Assembly (NCBI GenBank): GCA_038061225.1
Contig: JBBTZT010000003.1
Span: 113,092 to 177,091, forward strand
Origin: Patescibacteria group bacterium
Lineage (GTDB): Bacteria > Patescibacteriota > Microgenomatia > UBA8517
Reading direction: 5' to 3'
Length of the DNA: 64,000 nucleotides
The notes under the pieces are model-generated. The model was not told the origin of the DNA. It searched no databases and saw only the letters and a list, made by a program, of their open reading frames with translations. Made by a program: the position numbers and the translations under genes. Positions 1-8,585 of the stretch are shown here, one piece after another (the first letter of the stretch is position 1; every line of letters begins with the position of its first letter).

Positions 1-1
1 A

Positions 2-685
2 ACTTTAGGGATTAATCCATCGACTTTTGGATATGTCGAGGATTTGGCAGGAAGAGAGGACCATCTTAATGGTGATTTAATTTTAAAATTAACTAAAATA
101 GAACACGCCGATCCTAAATTTGGAATCTATGGTATTGGTTCTTGGTTTGAGGTTATTAATAAAGAGAAGAAAAAAAGGATGGAAGGTTATTATTCTTGGG
201 GATGGGGACCAAAGTCTGGTGCAAAGCTTTTAGTTTTAGTTAAAAGAAATGGGGAAATTACACATTTGGCAACTCAAAGAGAACAAAAGTTCCCAACAGG
301 GGGGATTGAATATACTCTTGCTGGTGGATTTCCAAAATTAAATGAATCAGTTTTGGATTTTATAGTTAGATCGTTTCAAAAAGATTTAAATCTAAGTGTA
401 ACTAAAAAAGATGTAACACTTGACCAAATTATTTCACTAGGAAGACTTAATCCAGATTCAGGTATGACTAATAATAAACCTAATTTATATGCAGTAATAG
501 TTGATCTTTCAGATAATTTATATAAAGACGTTAAAAAAGGAGATAAATTTGAGGAAGATGAAGGAATGGTTTTATGGCCAATTGATAAACTATCAGACCT
601 TATCAATAAATGTGACGATGCATATTTCCTCTCAGCCTTAACCCGTCTTAGTTTGTCTTCAGATACAAATTTAAAATTAATTTAA
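2..685 (+). CDS. Nudix-fold hydrolase-like protein, 5'-partial (frame is open to the window edge; the first in-window start codon is TTG at 44)
   Basis: Degenerate Nudix box G-x5-E-x7-R (AGGFPKLNESVLDFIVRSF). Same fold signature as the downstream ORF. AT-rich like the host genome. Confidence 0.4.
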   Translation, partial: TLGINPSTFGYVEDLAGREDHLNGDLILKLTKIEHADPKFGIYGIGSWFEVINKEKKKRMEGYYSWGWGPKSGAKLLVLVKRNGEITHLATQREQKFPTGGIEYTLAGGFPKLNESVLDFIVRSFQKDLNLSVTKKDVTLDQIISLGRLNPDSGMTNNKPNLYAVIVDLSDNLYKDVKKGDKFEEDEGMVLWPIDKLSDLINKCDDAYFLSALTRLSLSSDTNLKLI

Positions 686-700
686 AATATACCCTATAAC

Positions 701-729
701 TTGACATTTAGGCATAAGTTTGATATTAT
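701..729 (+). promoter_or_regulatory. sigma70-like promoter TTGACA-17 nt-TATTAT for the G+C-rich Nudix gene; AAGGAG RBS at 817-822
   Basis: TTGACA at 701-706, 17-nt spacer, TATTAT at 724-729. A strong Shine-Dalgarno lies 6 nt before the ATG at 828. Confidence 0.45.
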
Positions 730-827
730 TCTTTCAGTTTAATTGCTCTTTTACATTCCTTCAAATGGACACCCTAATCTTAGAGGTGCCCGAACAAATA
801 TTTAATAAAATTTAAAAGGAGTACAAA

Positions 828-1496
828 ATGACTCAGAAAGTTGTACGTACCGATCAGGTAGTTTTGCCAGAAGAAAAATCTTTTGGATGGCAACCTGTAC
901 ACGGAAAAGATGGTCAAGTCGTGGCATTTGAAAACCCGCGCTTTGGCCGGTTTGAGCACATTGCCTTCGTTGATGGGGACTCTGGCGCTTTCTTGTACGA
1001 TGGAATGCGCAAACTAGATGGTCCAATCAATGAAGATGGTCATGCCAATCCTGGCGTGATTTTTGTTGTTGTGGAAGATCGTGAAGATGGTATCTATCTG
1101 CATTGTCAAGAAGAGATTCGTCCATTAATTTACGATCACATCGAAGGAGTTCAAGGAGTAAAGTGCATTGGCTTTGCAGGTGGATTTTCCCATAAGGGAG
1201 AAAAACCCAACAAAGCGGCACTTCGCGAACTTCTGAGCGAACAGGGTATTGAAGTTGAAACCGCCTCTGTTGAGCGCATTGGGTATGCATCAGATAATCG
1301 TGCCTCAACTGAAACTTGTATTGAGGTTTTCCTCGGCAAGTTTTCACGCATGATTACGCCAGTCCGAGAAGGTCATGAGATAATTCTCAAATCTGTTCTT
1401 GTACGGATTGACCAATTTATTCCTGGACTTGATGGTATCGTCAATTCTGCATATGCTATGGTGGTTTCACACCTAGGTCTAGTCAAGCAGAAGTAA
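828..1496 (+). CDS. Nudix hydrolase (ADP-ribose pyrophosphatase-like); G+C-rich, probably horizontally acquired
   Basis: Nudix box GFSHKGEKPNKAALRELLSEQGI (G-x5-E-x7-REUxEExGU with one substitution). Strong RBS. G+C visibly much higher than the flanks. Confidence 0.65.
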   Translation: MTQKVVRTDQVVLPEEKSFGWQPVHGKDGQVVAFENPRFGRFEHIAFVDGDSGAFLYDGMRKLDGPINEDGHANPGVIFVVVEDREDGIYLHCQEEIRPLIYDHIEGVQGVKCIGFAGGFSHKGEKPNKAALRELLSEQGIEVETASVERIGYASDNRASTETCIEVFLGKFSRMITPVREGHEIILKSVLVRIDQFIPGLDGIVNSAYAMVVSHLGLVKQK

Positions 1497-1515
1497 ATTT
1501 GTTCGGGCGCTTCTG

Positions 1516-1581
1516 TCCCTCACCAATCTCAGTAATAGTTTTGATGACGTTTGCGTTGTCTAAATTTGAGATGGTGAGGGA
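1516..1581 (+). terminator. Long imperfect hairpin downstream of the Nudix gene (TCCCTCACCAATCTCAG ... TGAGATGGTGAGGGA), followed by a second hairpin at about 1592-1655
   Basis: 15/16-bp inverted repeat with a loop of about 35 nt. No U-tract, so probably not a canonical intrinsic terminator. Confidence 0.3.
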
Positions 1582-1670
1582 TCATGAAGTTTTGCCAGTG
1601 CGGTATAGAAATAATTGAATTAAAAACTCAATAAAAACTATATCGCATGGCAAGAACAAATTTTATTAGA

Positions 1671-1679
1671 AATGCTACA
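1671..1679 (+). promoter_or_regulatory. Extended -10 (TGnTACAAT) only 8 nt upstream of the MFS ATG, implying a leaderless or very short-leader transcript
   Basis: aaTGcTACAAT at 1669-1679; ATG at 1688; no SD. Confidence 0.3.
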
Positions 1680-1687
1680 ATATCTTC

Positions 1688-2875
1688 ATGCCTGATCGAG
1701 TTAAAAATTTAAAATTAAACAAAAGATTAATGTTTGGGACGAGGTTTTTTATAGAGTTAAAAACTTTAAACGGAGTTATTCAACTATTTTATTTATCCAG
1801 AGGTCTTGATTTAGGACAAATAATTTATTTGAGTCTTGTTTGGTCTGTAACCTCATTTCTTTGTGATGTTCCGTCAAGTTTTTTAGCTGACAAATTTGGC
1901 AGGAAAAAACTTATTATGTTAGGCATTTTTTTAACGGCACTCTCTACATTTTTGTTATTTAATGCTTCAGGATTTCTACAATTTACTTTAGCTTATATTG
2001 TTGGTGCAGCTGGTTATTCATTTTTTATGGGTGCAGATCATGCAATTTTATATGATTCTTTAAAAGAAGTTGGAGAAGAACCAAATGCAAATCGTGTAGC
2101 AGGTAAGTATTTTTCATCAGCCAGCTTACCAAAAATATTCATGCCATTTTTGGGAAGTTTTATAGCCAAAGGATTACTGCCTTCACAGTTTATGATATTA
2201 ATTGCAATTGATTTAGTTGGTACAGTTGTGTCAATGATTTTTGCATCATTTTTAACTGAGCCAAAATTTAAAGAAAAAACTGTTAAAAAATTAAGTTTAC
2301 TTAAAGAAGGGTTTAATTTAATTAAATCTGACAGTATTCTTTTTAAATTTGCATTGAATAAAATTATTGTATTTCAAGCAGCCTTTGTGTATTGGAGAAT
2401 CTATCAAGTACTTCTTAAAAATGCTGGTTTACCGATAATATATCTTGGTGCCATTTATACTGTTTTTCAAGGAATTACATTTTTAATGTTTTGGAATACA
2501 GAAAAAGTACAAAACAAAGTGGGAAAAGTTAACTTCATGTTTTACCCACCAGTAATTGGTTTTATCACAATTATTGCATCTCTTTTGACATCTAACTTAA
2601 TAATTTTATTCTCTGCTTGTGTATTATTATTAATAGTTGGGACTGTTAGAGATCCATTATTTATGGCTCAAATTCAGACAAGAATTCCATCCTTTAATAG
2701 AGCAACAGCAACTAGTACTTTAAATACAATTAAAAATATAAGTGATGTTCCACTTTTACTTTTAGTTGGCTATTTAGCAAAAGTAGATATAAACTATGTT
2801 CTAATCGTCTCAGCAGTATTATTTATAATACCAATAATATTCATGAGAATTAAAAAAGAAGAATTAACCATTTAA
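1688..2875 (+). CDS. MFS transporter
   Basis: About 12 TM helices. MFS signature LADKFGRKKLIMLG in loop 2-3. Confidence 0.7.
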   Translation: MPDRVKNLKLNKRLMFGTRFFIELKTLNGVIQLFYLSRGLDLGQIIYLSLVWSVTSFLCDVPSSFLADKFGRKKLIMLGIFLTALSTFLLFNASGFLQFTLAYIVGAAGYSFFMGADHAILYDSLKEVGEEPNANRVAGKYFSSASLPKIFMPFLGSFIAKGLLPSQFMILIAIDLVGTVVSMIFASFLTEPKFKEKTVKKLSLLKEGFNLIKSDSILFKFALNKIIVFQAAFVYWRIYQVLLKNAGLPIIYLGAIYTVFQGITFLMFWNTEKVQNKVGKVNFMFYPPVIGFITIIASLLTSNLIILFSACVLLLIVGTVRDPLFMAQIQTRIPSFNRATATSTLNTIKNISDVPLLLLVGYLAKVDINYVLIVSAVLFIIPIIFMRIKKEELTI

Positions 2876-2888
2876 AAAATTTATAATT

Positions 2889-3419
2889 ATGGATAGCAAA
2901 GAAAATTCAGACAAGTTTACAAATTTTACAACAAGTGAGGATTATTTTGATCCTGCAATTATTTCACTTGTTTTGGAAAAGGCAAGAAAAAATGAAAGAG
3001 GTAGATTTAACTTAAGAATTCATGAAAATGACGATTCAAGACAACACCTATTAATTAATGCAATTGTAGAAAATAACTATATTAAGCCACATATGCACAG
3101 TGAAGAAAACAAAACAGAAATGTTTAGAATTTTAAAAGGTGAAGCATATCTTGTTTTTTTCAATGATTCAGAAGAAATATCAAAAATAATTAAACTTTCT
3201 GATAAAATTGATGGTAGAAAAACTGCACGTGTCAAATCAGGCCAAATGCATACAGTAGTTTGTGAAGAAGATATTGTGTTTCTGGAATCAAAAAAACAAC
3301 CAAGTGGATATAGAAAAGACGACGATAAATCTTTTGCCTCTTGGGCACCAGAAGAGAATACTGAAGAAGGTTTGATATATTTTCAAGGATTATTAGCCAA
3401 AATTAAACAATCTTATTGA
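2889..3419 (+). CDS. WbuC-family cupin-fold metalloprotein (O-antigen/rhamnose cluster associated)
   Basis: Motifs RFNLRIH...Q..L.NA......YI.PH.H and FASWAPEE typical of the WbuC family. Adjacent to RmlC and RmlD. Confidence 0.6.
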   Translation: MDSKENSDKFTNFTTSEDYFDPAIISLVLEKARKNERGRFNLRIHENDDSRQHLLINAIVENNYIKPHMHSEENKTEMFRILKGEAYLVFFNDSEEISKIIKLSDKIDGRKTARVKSGQMHTVVCEEDIVFLESKKQPSGYRKDDDKSFASWAPEENTEEGLIYFQGLLAKIKQSY

Positions 3420-3454
3420 AATTAATATCTATTTAACATAGAATCAATTTACAT

Positions 3455-4042
3455 ATGATGCGATTTGATCCCGAAAAAAATATTATTAAAACTTCAATCG
3501 AGGGGGTTGTTTTAATTCAAAGACCAATATTAGGAGATGCTAGGGGTTTTCTTCATGAGCCATATAATAAAGAAGAATTAAAAGTAGCAACTGGTATTGA
3601 GTTTAACCCTGTTCAGTGGACTCATGCTTATATTAAACCTGGGGTAATTAAGGCGGTTCATTCTGAAGATTGGAATAAATTAATCTACCCTATTACAGGT
3701 GTCTTGTACGCTCCAATTGTTGATCTTCGCCCTGAATCTTCTACTTTTGGAAAAGTTGAATATATAACTATTGATAATACTAAAGAAGATTCTCCGCGAC
3801 ATGCTTTATTCTTACCTAGTGGAGGTATAGGGAATTCAATTTGTACATTAGGTACTGAAATGATGCACTATTTTTATTTAATTGATAAATACTGGGATGA
3901 TGCCAAAGCCAGTGGTATTGCCTGGAATGATCCTGACCTTGCTATCAAATGGCCAATTAAAGATCCAATACTTTCTGAAAGAGACAAAACAAACAAAACG
4001 CTTCGTCAAGCGTTTCCTGAAAAATTTACATCTAAAAAATGA
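3455..4042 (+). CDS. rmlC: dTDP-4-dehydrorhamnose 3,5-epimerase family (RmlC-like cupin)
   Basis: RGFLHE, FGK, and the C-terminal WNDPDLAIKWP motif conserved in RmlC. Confidence 0.7.
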   Translation: MMRFDPEKNIIKTSIEGVVLIQRPILGDARGFLHEPYNKEELKVATGIEFNPVQWTHAYIKPGVIKAVHSEDWNKLIYPITGVLYAPIVDLRPESSTFGKVEYITIDNTKEDSPRHALFLPSGGIGNSICTLGTEMMHYFYLIDKYWDDAKASGIAWNDPDLAIKWPIKDPILSERDKTNKTLRQAFPEKFTSKK

Positions 4043-4938
4043 TGCATAGAATGAAAAAAGTATTGGTGATTGGTGCAAGTGGTTTGGTTGGATCTAGATT
4101 TGTCGAACTTGCAAAAAACAAAATCGATATCATTCCTGTTGATGAAAAAACTTTAGATATTACAAACAGAGACGCTGTCGAAGTTTTTTTTAAAGAAAAT
4201 AAATTTGATTCAGTTTTAAATTTTGCAGCAATAACTAATGTAGATGGCGCAGAAAAAGAAAGAGATAACAAAAGTGGATTTACTTGGAAATTAAATGTAA
4301 TAGGACCTCAAAATCTTGCTATTGCTTGTAAAGAAAATGGTAGATTTCTAGTCCAAATTTCTACAGATTTTGTTTTTACTGGAAATAAAGAAGATCCAGG
4401 ACCATATAGTGAGGATCATCCTATACCTCAAAATAATAACGGTATTGGTTGGTATGGCTGGACAAAAAATAGAGCAGAAAAGGCTATACAGAACTCAAGA
4501 GTAAGGAATTCGATTGTCAGAATTGCTTACCCATTCTACTCCACAAAGTTTGATTTAAAGTTAGATTTTGCAAAAAATTATCTAAAACTTTTTGATGATG
4601 GAAAATTATTTCCAATTTTTAAAGATCAAACCATAACACCAATTTATGTTGATGATTTGGTAGAACCATTGGTCAAAATTCTAGATGACGAAATAGAGGG
4701 CACATTTCATCTAGTCTCACGCGATGTTACAACTCCATTTGATTTTGTAGAGTATTTATTGAAAAAAAATAGAAATGTCGAAGGGGTAGTCAAAGAAGGA
4801 TCAATGAGTGAGTTTTTGAAGGCAAAAGGCAGAACACCAAGACCAAGATTGGGAGGCTTAAAAACAAAGATAACTCAACAAAAATTGGGGATGAAATTTA
4901 AAACGTGGCGTGAGATGATTGATGAGTTTTCAAAATAA
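4039..4938 (+). CDS. rmlD: dTDP-4-dehydrorhamnose reductase (RmlD-like, NAD(P)-binding)
   Basis: N-terminal GxSGxxG Rossmann motif (VIGASGLVGS). STDFVFTG matches the RmlD STDYVF motif. ATGA coupling to rmlC. Confidence 0.7.
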   Translation: MMHRMKKVLVIGASGLVGSRFVELAKNKIDIIPVDEKTLDITNRDAVEVFFKENKFDSVLNFAAITNVDGAEKERDNKSGFTWKLNVIGPQNLAIACKENGRFLVQISTDFVFTGNKEDPGPYSEDHPIPQNNNGIGWYGWTKNRAEKAIQNSRVRNSIVRIAYPFYSTKFDLKLDFAKNYLKLFDDGKLFPIFKDQTITPIYVDDLVEPLVKILDDEIEGTFHLVSRDVTTPFDFVEYLLKKNRNVEGVVKEGSMSEFLKAKGRTPRPRLGGLKTKITQQKLGMKFKTWREMIDEFSK

Positions 4939-5884
4939 AATGATTAAAAAAAAGAAAAAAATTAGCGCTTCAATAATCATTTTAACCACGAACGCTTTAG
5001 CTATGACCAAAGAACAACTTCTTGACGTCGCAAAGCTTGAAGTAGATAACTTAGATTGTGAATGCATGATTGTCGATAATGGTTCTCCTGATGGTACAGA
5101 AGAGGCTTTAAAAGATTATAAATTGCCAAATATGAAATATAAGTTTATTCAAAGTGGCGCTAATTTAGGTTTTGCGGGTGGAAATAACGTTGGAATAAAA
5201 GATGCTTTAAAGAGAAAAATTGATTATATTATTTTAATGAATAATGATTTAATCCTCCAAAAAGATATAGTTTTGAAGCTAGTTAGCTTTATAGATAAAA
5301 ATCCTAAAGTAGGAGTTGCTTCACCTAAGATGTATTTTGCCAAAGGATACGAATTTCACACAGATAAATATAAGACATCAGAAAAAGGTAATGTCTTATG
5401 GTATGCAGGTGGAATAATTGATAAAGAAAATGTATACACTACGCACAGAGGGGTGGACGAAGTAGATCATGGACAATACAATAAAATTGAAGAAACTGAT
5501 GTCGCAAACGGCGCCTGTGTAATTATTAGGAGAGAAGTTTTTGAAAAAATTGGTATGCTGGATGCCTCATTTTTTTTGTATTGGGAAGATGCAGATTTTT
5601 CAGCGAGGGCAGAGAGAGCTGGATATAAAGTAATTTACTACCCCGATACTTGGATGTGGCATAAAGTCTCAGCTTCTACAGGTGGATCAGGAAGCCCTAC
5701 AAATGATTATTTTTTAATCAGAAATAGATTCTACTATTCAATGAGATATTCAAAGTTAAGAACAAAATTTGCAGTTTTAAGGGATACAGTACGTAATATT
5801 TTTACAGGTAGAATATGGCAGAGATGGGGAGCGATTGATGCTTTATTAGGTCGAAAAGGGATGGGTCAGTGGAAATATAGATAA
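4919..5884 (+). CDS. GT2 family glycosyltransferase (rhamnosyltransferase-like)
   Basis: DNGSPDGT, NLGFAGGNN and CVIIRREVFEKIG motifs of the GT-A fold. Confidence 0.7.
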   Translation: MMSFQNKMIKKKKKISASIIILTTNALAMTKEQLLDVAKLEVDNLDCECMIVDNGSPDGTEEALKDYKLPNMKYKFIQSGANLGFAGGNNVGIKDALKRKIDYIILMNNDLILQKDIVLKLVSFIDKNPKVGVASPKMYFAKGYEFHTDKYKTSEKGNVLWYAGGIIDKENVYTTHRGVDEVDHGQYNKIEETDVANGACVIIRREVFEKIGMLDASFFLYWEDADFSARAERAGYKVIYYPDTWMWHKVSASTGGSGSPTNDYFLIRNRFYYSMRYSKLRTKFAVLRDTVRNIFTGRIWQRWGAIDALLGRKGMGQWKYR

Positions 5885-5891
5885 CTGCTTC

Positions 5892-6815
5892 TTAGAAGCT
5901 TGTCAAAGCCTTTAAATAAATCTTCGTAATATTCAATTTTCCAAGAATTGTGTAAATAACTATTCTTAACAAAACTCCAAATTTAAGTATCCCTGTTAAT
6001 ATAGGAAGTTGCCATTTTGGCATATGTAGGTTATAAAATAATTTAAGATTTTGCATTTCCATAATTGTCGCTTTTTCACTTCCATTGGTTGCCATACCAT
6101 AATGAACTGTCTTCCACTTTGGTAAATACCATGTCTCCCATCCTTTTTTGTAAATTCTATATGCAAGCTCTACTTCTTCTACGTAAAGAAAAAACTTTTC
6201 GTCAAAAATTCCTGACTCGTCCATTGCCTTTTTTCTCATTAAGAAAAAAGCACCGGTTACCCAATCTTGCTTATGCATTTCTTTATAATAATCTTCATTC
6301 GTGTGAATAAATGAAGACGAATGCATTGGATGATATGGTTTAATGATGTTATCTAGGTATGGAATATCGTCGATAAATGTCATCCAAGCAATTACTCTTG
6401 ATAAAGTTGGGAAATATCCTCCTGACCCTTGGTAATTTTTAAGATCTGGATTTACTAATGCACAGCTAGATAGTCCTACTTCTGGATGAGAATTCATCCA
6501 ACTAATCATTTCCTTGAATATATTTTTGTCAATTATTTTTGTATCGTCGTTTAAAAGTAAAATATATTTACCTTTTGCAATTTTCATACCCATGTTGTTA
6601 TTCTCACCAAAACCTCCATTTACTTCTCTTCTTATAATTCTAACTTCAGGGAAGTTAGAATTTATTTGTTTTCCTATCATGTCAGCAGAAGCATTATCAA
6701 TAATGATTATTTCATTAGAGATGTCTTTTAACGCAGAATATAAAGTTTTTAGACAATCTTCGAGGTATTTCATTTGAGAAGATACTATGACAATTGATAA
6801 ATCTATTTGATTCAT
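5892..6815 (-). CDS. GT2 family glycosyltransferase
   Basis: LSIVIVS...IIIDNAS...NGGFGENNN...LLNDDT. Confidence 0.7.
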   Translation of the reverse strand: MNQIDLSIVIVSSQMKYLEDCLKTLYSALKDISNEIIIIDNASADMIGKQINSNFPEVRIIRREVNGGFGENNNMGMKIAKGKYILLLNDDTKIIDKNIFKEMISWMNSHPEVGLSSCALVNPDLKNYQGSGGYFPTLSRVIAWMTFIDDIPYLDNIIKPYHPMHSSSFIHTNEDYYKEMHKQDWVTGAFFLMRKKAMDESGIFDEKFFLYVEEVELAYRIYKKGWETWYLPKWKTVHYGMATNGSEKATIMEMQNLKLFYNLHMPKWQLPILTGILKFGVLLRIVIYTILGKLNITKIYLKALTSF

Positions 6816-7645
6816 TTGTTTAATTTAGTAAGTAATTTTTGCCACTTCTGACCTGACCATAATATCGCGTTGATTATAAAATGATTAATTAATCCATGAT
6901 ATATTTTGCTTGAAGGAATTAATCTCTTCCATCTTTCTGTTTCGTTTGCTAGTTTTTTAAATGTTGCTCCGTGGTAATGTGTGATTACTGATTCTGGAAG
7001 GTAATAGACTTTAAGTCCATTTTTCCAACATTGTCTACAGTAATCAATGTCTTCAAAATAGGCCCAATATCTTTCATCTAAAATGCCAACTTTTTCAATT
7101 GCCTTTGGGGTTATTAGAAACACAGCTCCTACAACTGAATCGACTGTGGTTGGTTTTCTGTCTCTGGGTGCAAATTTATCAAATAAACCTTTTTTACCAA
7201 GATAATATTCTAATATTGCATTCTTAATTGTAGGAAAATTAAAACAAGACATTTGAAGTGTTCCATCAATATTTAGAAGTTTGCTACCCACTACTCCCGC
7301 ATCAGGTGTTTTATCAGTAAATTCAACCAATGCATTTAATGAATCCTTGTATACAACTGTATCGTTATTCAGAAGTAAAACATATTTACCCTTAGCAAGT
7401 CTGATACCTTGATTATTTGCTTTGGCATAACCAGTATTGTTGTTATTGAATATTGCATGGAAATTATCATATTTTGCATCATATTTTTTCAACATCTCGA
7501 CAGAACCATCATTACTTCCATTATCAGTTATAAATACTTCAAATGGAAAGTTTAGTTTATATTTGTAAATTGATTTAATACAACCTTCAGTTAAATCAAT
7601 TGTGTTTAGATTAACAATTATTATGGATAATTTTATTTTATTCAT
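6812..7645 (-). CDS. GT2 family glycosyltransferase (start probably MNKIKLSIIIVNLN at 7645; the track ORF extends to 7672)
   Basis: LSIIIVNLN...FITDNGSNDGS...TGYAKANNQG...LLNNDT. Confidence 0.7.
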   Translation of the reverse strand: MNKIKLSIIIVNLNTIDLTEGCIKSIYKYKLNFPFEVFITDNGSNDGSVEMLKKYDAKYDNFHAIFNNNNTGYAKANNQGIRLAKGKYVLLLNNDTVVYKDSLNALVEFTDKTPDAGVVGSKLLNIDGTLQMSCFNFPTIKNAILEYYLGKKGLFDKFAPRDRKPTTVDSVVGAVFLITPKAIEKVGILDERYWAYFEDIDYCRQCWKNGLKVYYLPESVITHYHGATFKKLANETERWKRLIPSSKIYHGLINHFIINAILWSGQKWQKLLTKLNK

Positions 7646-8534
7646 GATTAAATTGTGCAAATATAGCTTCATCAGATAACTTTGATGCTTTTATTTCCTT
7701 TGCTCTTTGTTTTAACATTATTCTAAATCTGCCAAGTGCCATTATTATAATTCTAATGTATCCTGGATGTTTAAGTGATCTTGAGATCAAACCAATTATA
7801 TGCTTTTTAATTAGATTTTTACTATGTATGTTTTTCCAAAGCATCAATAACTGATTTCTTTCTTTGACTCTTGCAACATAAATCTTAGGAAATTTTGAAA
7901 TTGTAGATTCATGTTTATGGACAACTTTTCCCCTGGGTTCCCATAAATTTATATACCCTCTTTTCGCTGCTCTGTAACATAAATCAATATCCTCCCAATA
8001 GAATGGAGATAATAACTTTTCATCCATACCTTCAAGTTCTTCCCAAATACTTCTCCTAAATAAACCGCTTCCTCCGCTGACATAAAAACTTGTGTGTGCA
8101 CCTTTAGTTTCAGCATTCATTCCTAATTGAATATATCCATCAGCAAATGATCCTTTGGCTCCGCCGTAACCTTCTTCATGAGTTGAAACTGCAAATACTT
8201 TTGGATTTTTAAAATGGGGTAGAAGTGGTTCAAGAAAATCCTCATTTGGAATTACATCAGTGTTAATTAATAGTATTATGTCTCCTTTGGCTACTTTTGA
8301 ACCTGTATTTACAGCTGCTGAAAAACCCCTGTTGTTTCCATGTTTAATTAACTTTATTGAATTTTTATAATTTTTTTCTATAAATGAAACACTATTGTCC
8401 CAACTACCATCATCTACAACGATGACCTCAACTATATGATTTTTTGGATTATATACGGCCTTAAAAAGTTTTGGTAAATTCTTTTCCATTATTAATTTAC
8501 CGTTAATGTTTGGAATAACAACAGATACTTGCAT
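7638..8534 (-). CDS. GT2 family glycosyltransferase; inverted paralog of 29774..30682
   Basis: VSVVIPNING...VVDDGS...NRGFSAAVNTG...INTDV. Roughly 55-60% identity by eye to the + strand gene at 29774. Confidence 0.75.
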   Translation of the reverse strand: MQVSVVIPNINGKLIMEKNLPKLFKAVYNPKNHIVEVIVVDDGSWDNSVSFIEKNYKNSIKLIKHGNNRGFSAAVNTGSKVAKGDIILLINTDVIPNEDFLEPLLPHFKNPKVFAVSTHEEGYGGAKGSFADGYIQLGMNAETKGAHTSFYVSGGSGLFRRSIWEELEGMDEKLLSPFYWEDIDLCYRAAKRGYINLWEPRGKVVHKHESTISKFPKIYVARVKERNQLLMLWKNIHSKNLIKKHIIGLISRSLKHPGYIRIIIMALGRFRIMLKQRAKEIKASKLSDEAIFAQFNHE

Positions 8535-8585
8535 GATATTTTATTTATTGTAACATATTATTATATCTGTCTAAACCTAAATTAA

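Noticed and set aside
376-606. Antisense and short ORFs from the track (376..606-, 802..1026-, 1027..1347-, 1151..1351-, 3878..4078-, 4032..4271-, 6065..6310+, 6514..6777+, 8621..8860-, 9007..9213-, 12010..12192+, 12961..13155-, 16344..16541-, 17608..17805-, 20686..20868-, 21682..21882-, 22721..22948-, 24777..24995-, 25271..25800-, 33017..33397, 36021..36257-, 37279..37545-, 38966..39247+, 42545..42745-, 43837..44049-, 44379..44567+, 45549..45788-, 47071..47253+, 54864..55169-, 55467..55670-, 57144..57362-, 58711..58911-, 59076..59258-, 60272..60511-)
   Set aside because: All lie inside, and antisense or out-of-frame to, long ORFs with clear family signatures. They have low-complexity translations and no independent support.
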